The position numbers and the translations under genes are program-made. DNA of 7,786 bases from Octopus sinensis (lineage: Eukaryota), in NCBI RefSeq assembly GCF_006345805.1, contig NW_021828685.1, positions 1 to 7,786 of the forward strand, written 5' to 3'. Under the pieces are notes generated by a model. The model ran no database searches and had not been told where the DNA came from. It worked only from the letters and a program-made list of their open reading frames with translations. This document shows positions 7,757 through 7,786 of the stretch, piece after piece (positions within the stretch are counted from its first letter, which is position 1; each line of letters starts with the position of its first letter).

Positions 7757-7786
7757 TACACTCTCGGAGTGGTTGCCGTTAGGAAG

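Larger units (their letters stand above)
5591..7786 (+). mobile_element. 5'-truncated RTE-clade LINE; probably continues past the window
   Basis: Begins abruptly in the inter-domain linker right after the TA array, with no APE domain. RT motifs are followed by an RTE-type C-terminus (MLHGSETWA, RRLRWYGHVARM, RGRGRPRKTW). How much of 7400-7786 belongs to the element is uncertain. Confidence 0.88.

Overview
Eukaryotic, repeat-derived DNA with no host gene. It holds three decayed retroelements of different classes, all on the + strand, head-to-tail and separated by (TA)n arrays. (1) 1-~3920: a Tx1/L1-clade non-LTR retrotransposon with a probable ORF1 C-terminus, a frameshifted ORF2 (APE endonuclease, RT, CCHC knuckle), a structured 3' UTR and an AATAAA. 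(2) ~4216-5413: the 3' part of a Penelope-like element that the ORF track misses, with a frameshifted GIY-YIG endonuclease, a long C/T tract, local duplications and a degenerate minimal type I hammerhead ribozyme. (3) 5591-7786: a 5'-truncated RTE-clade LINE with a C4HC3 PHD finger inserted inside the RT C-terminal region, followed by hairpin-forming tandem repeats. The repeat mix suggests an invertebrate, possibly a cephalopod such as Octopus (inference only). I cannot show that any of this is a new biological system. The best leads are the PHD inside the RT, the hammerhead variant, a kissing-loop candidate in the Tx1 3' UTR, and the shared interruption pattern of the TA arrays flanking the Penelope-like element.
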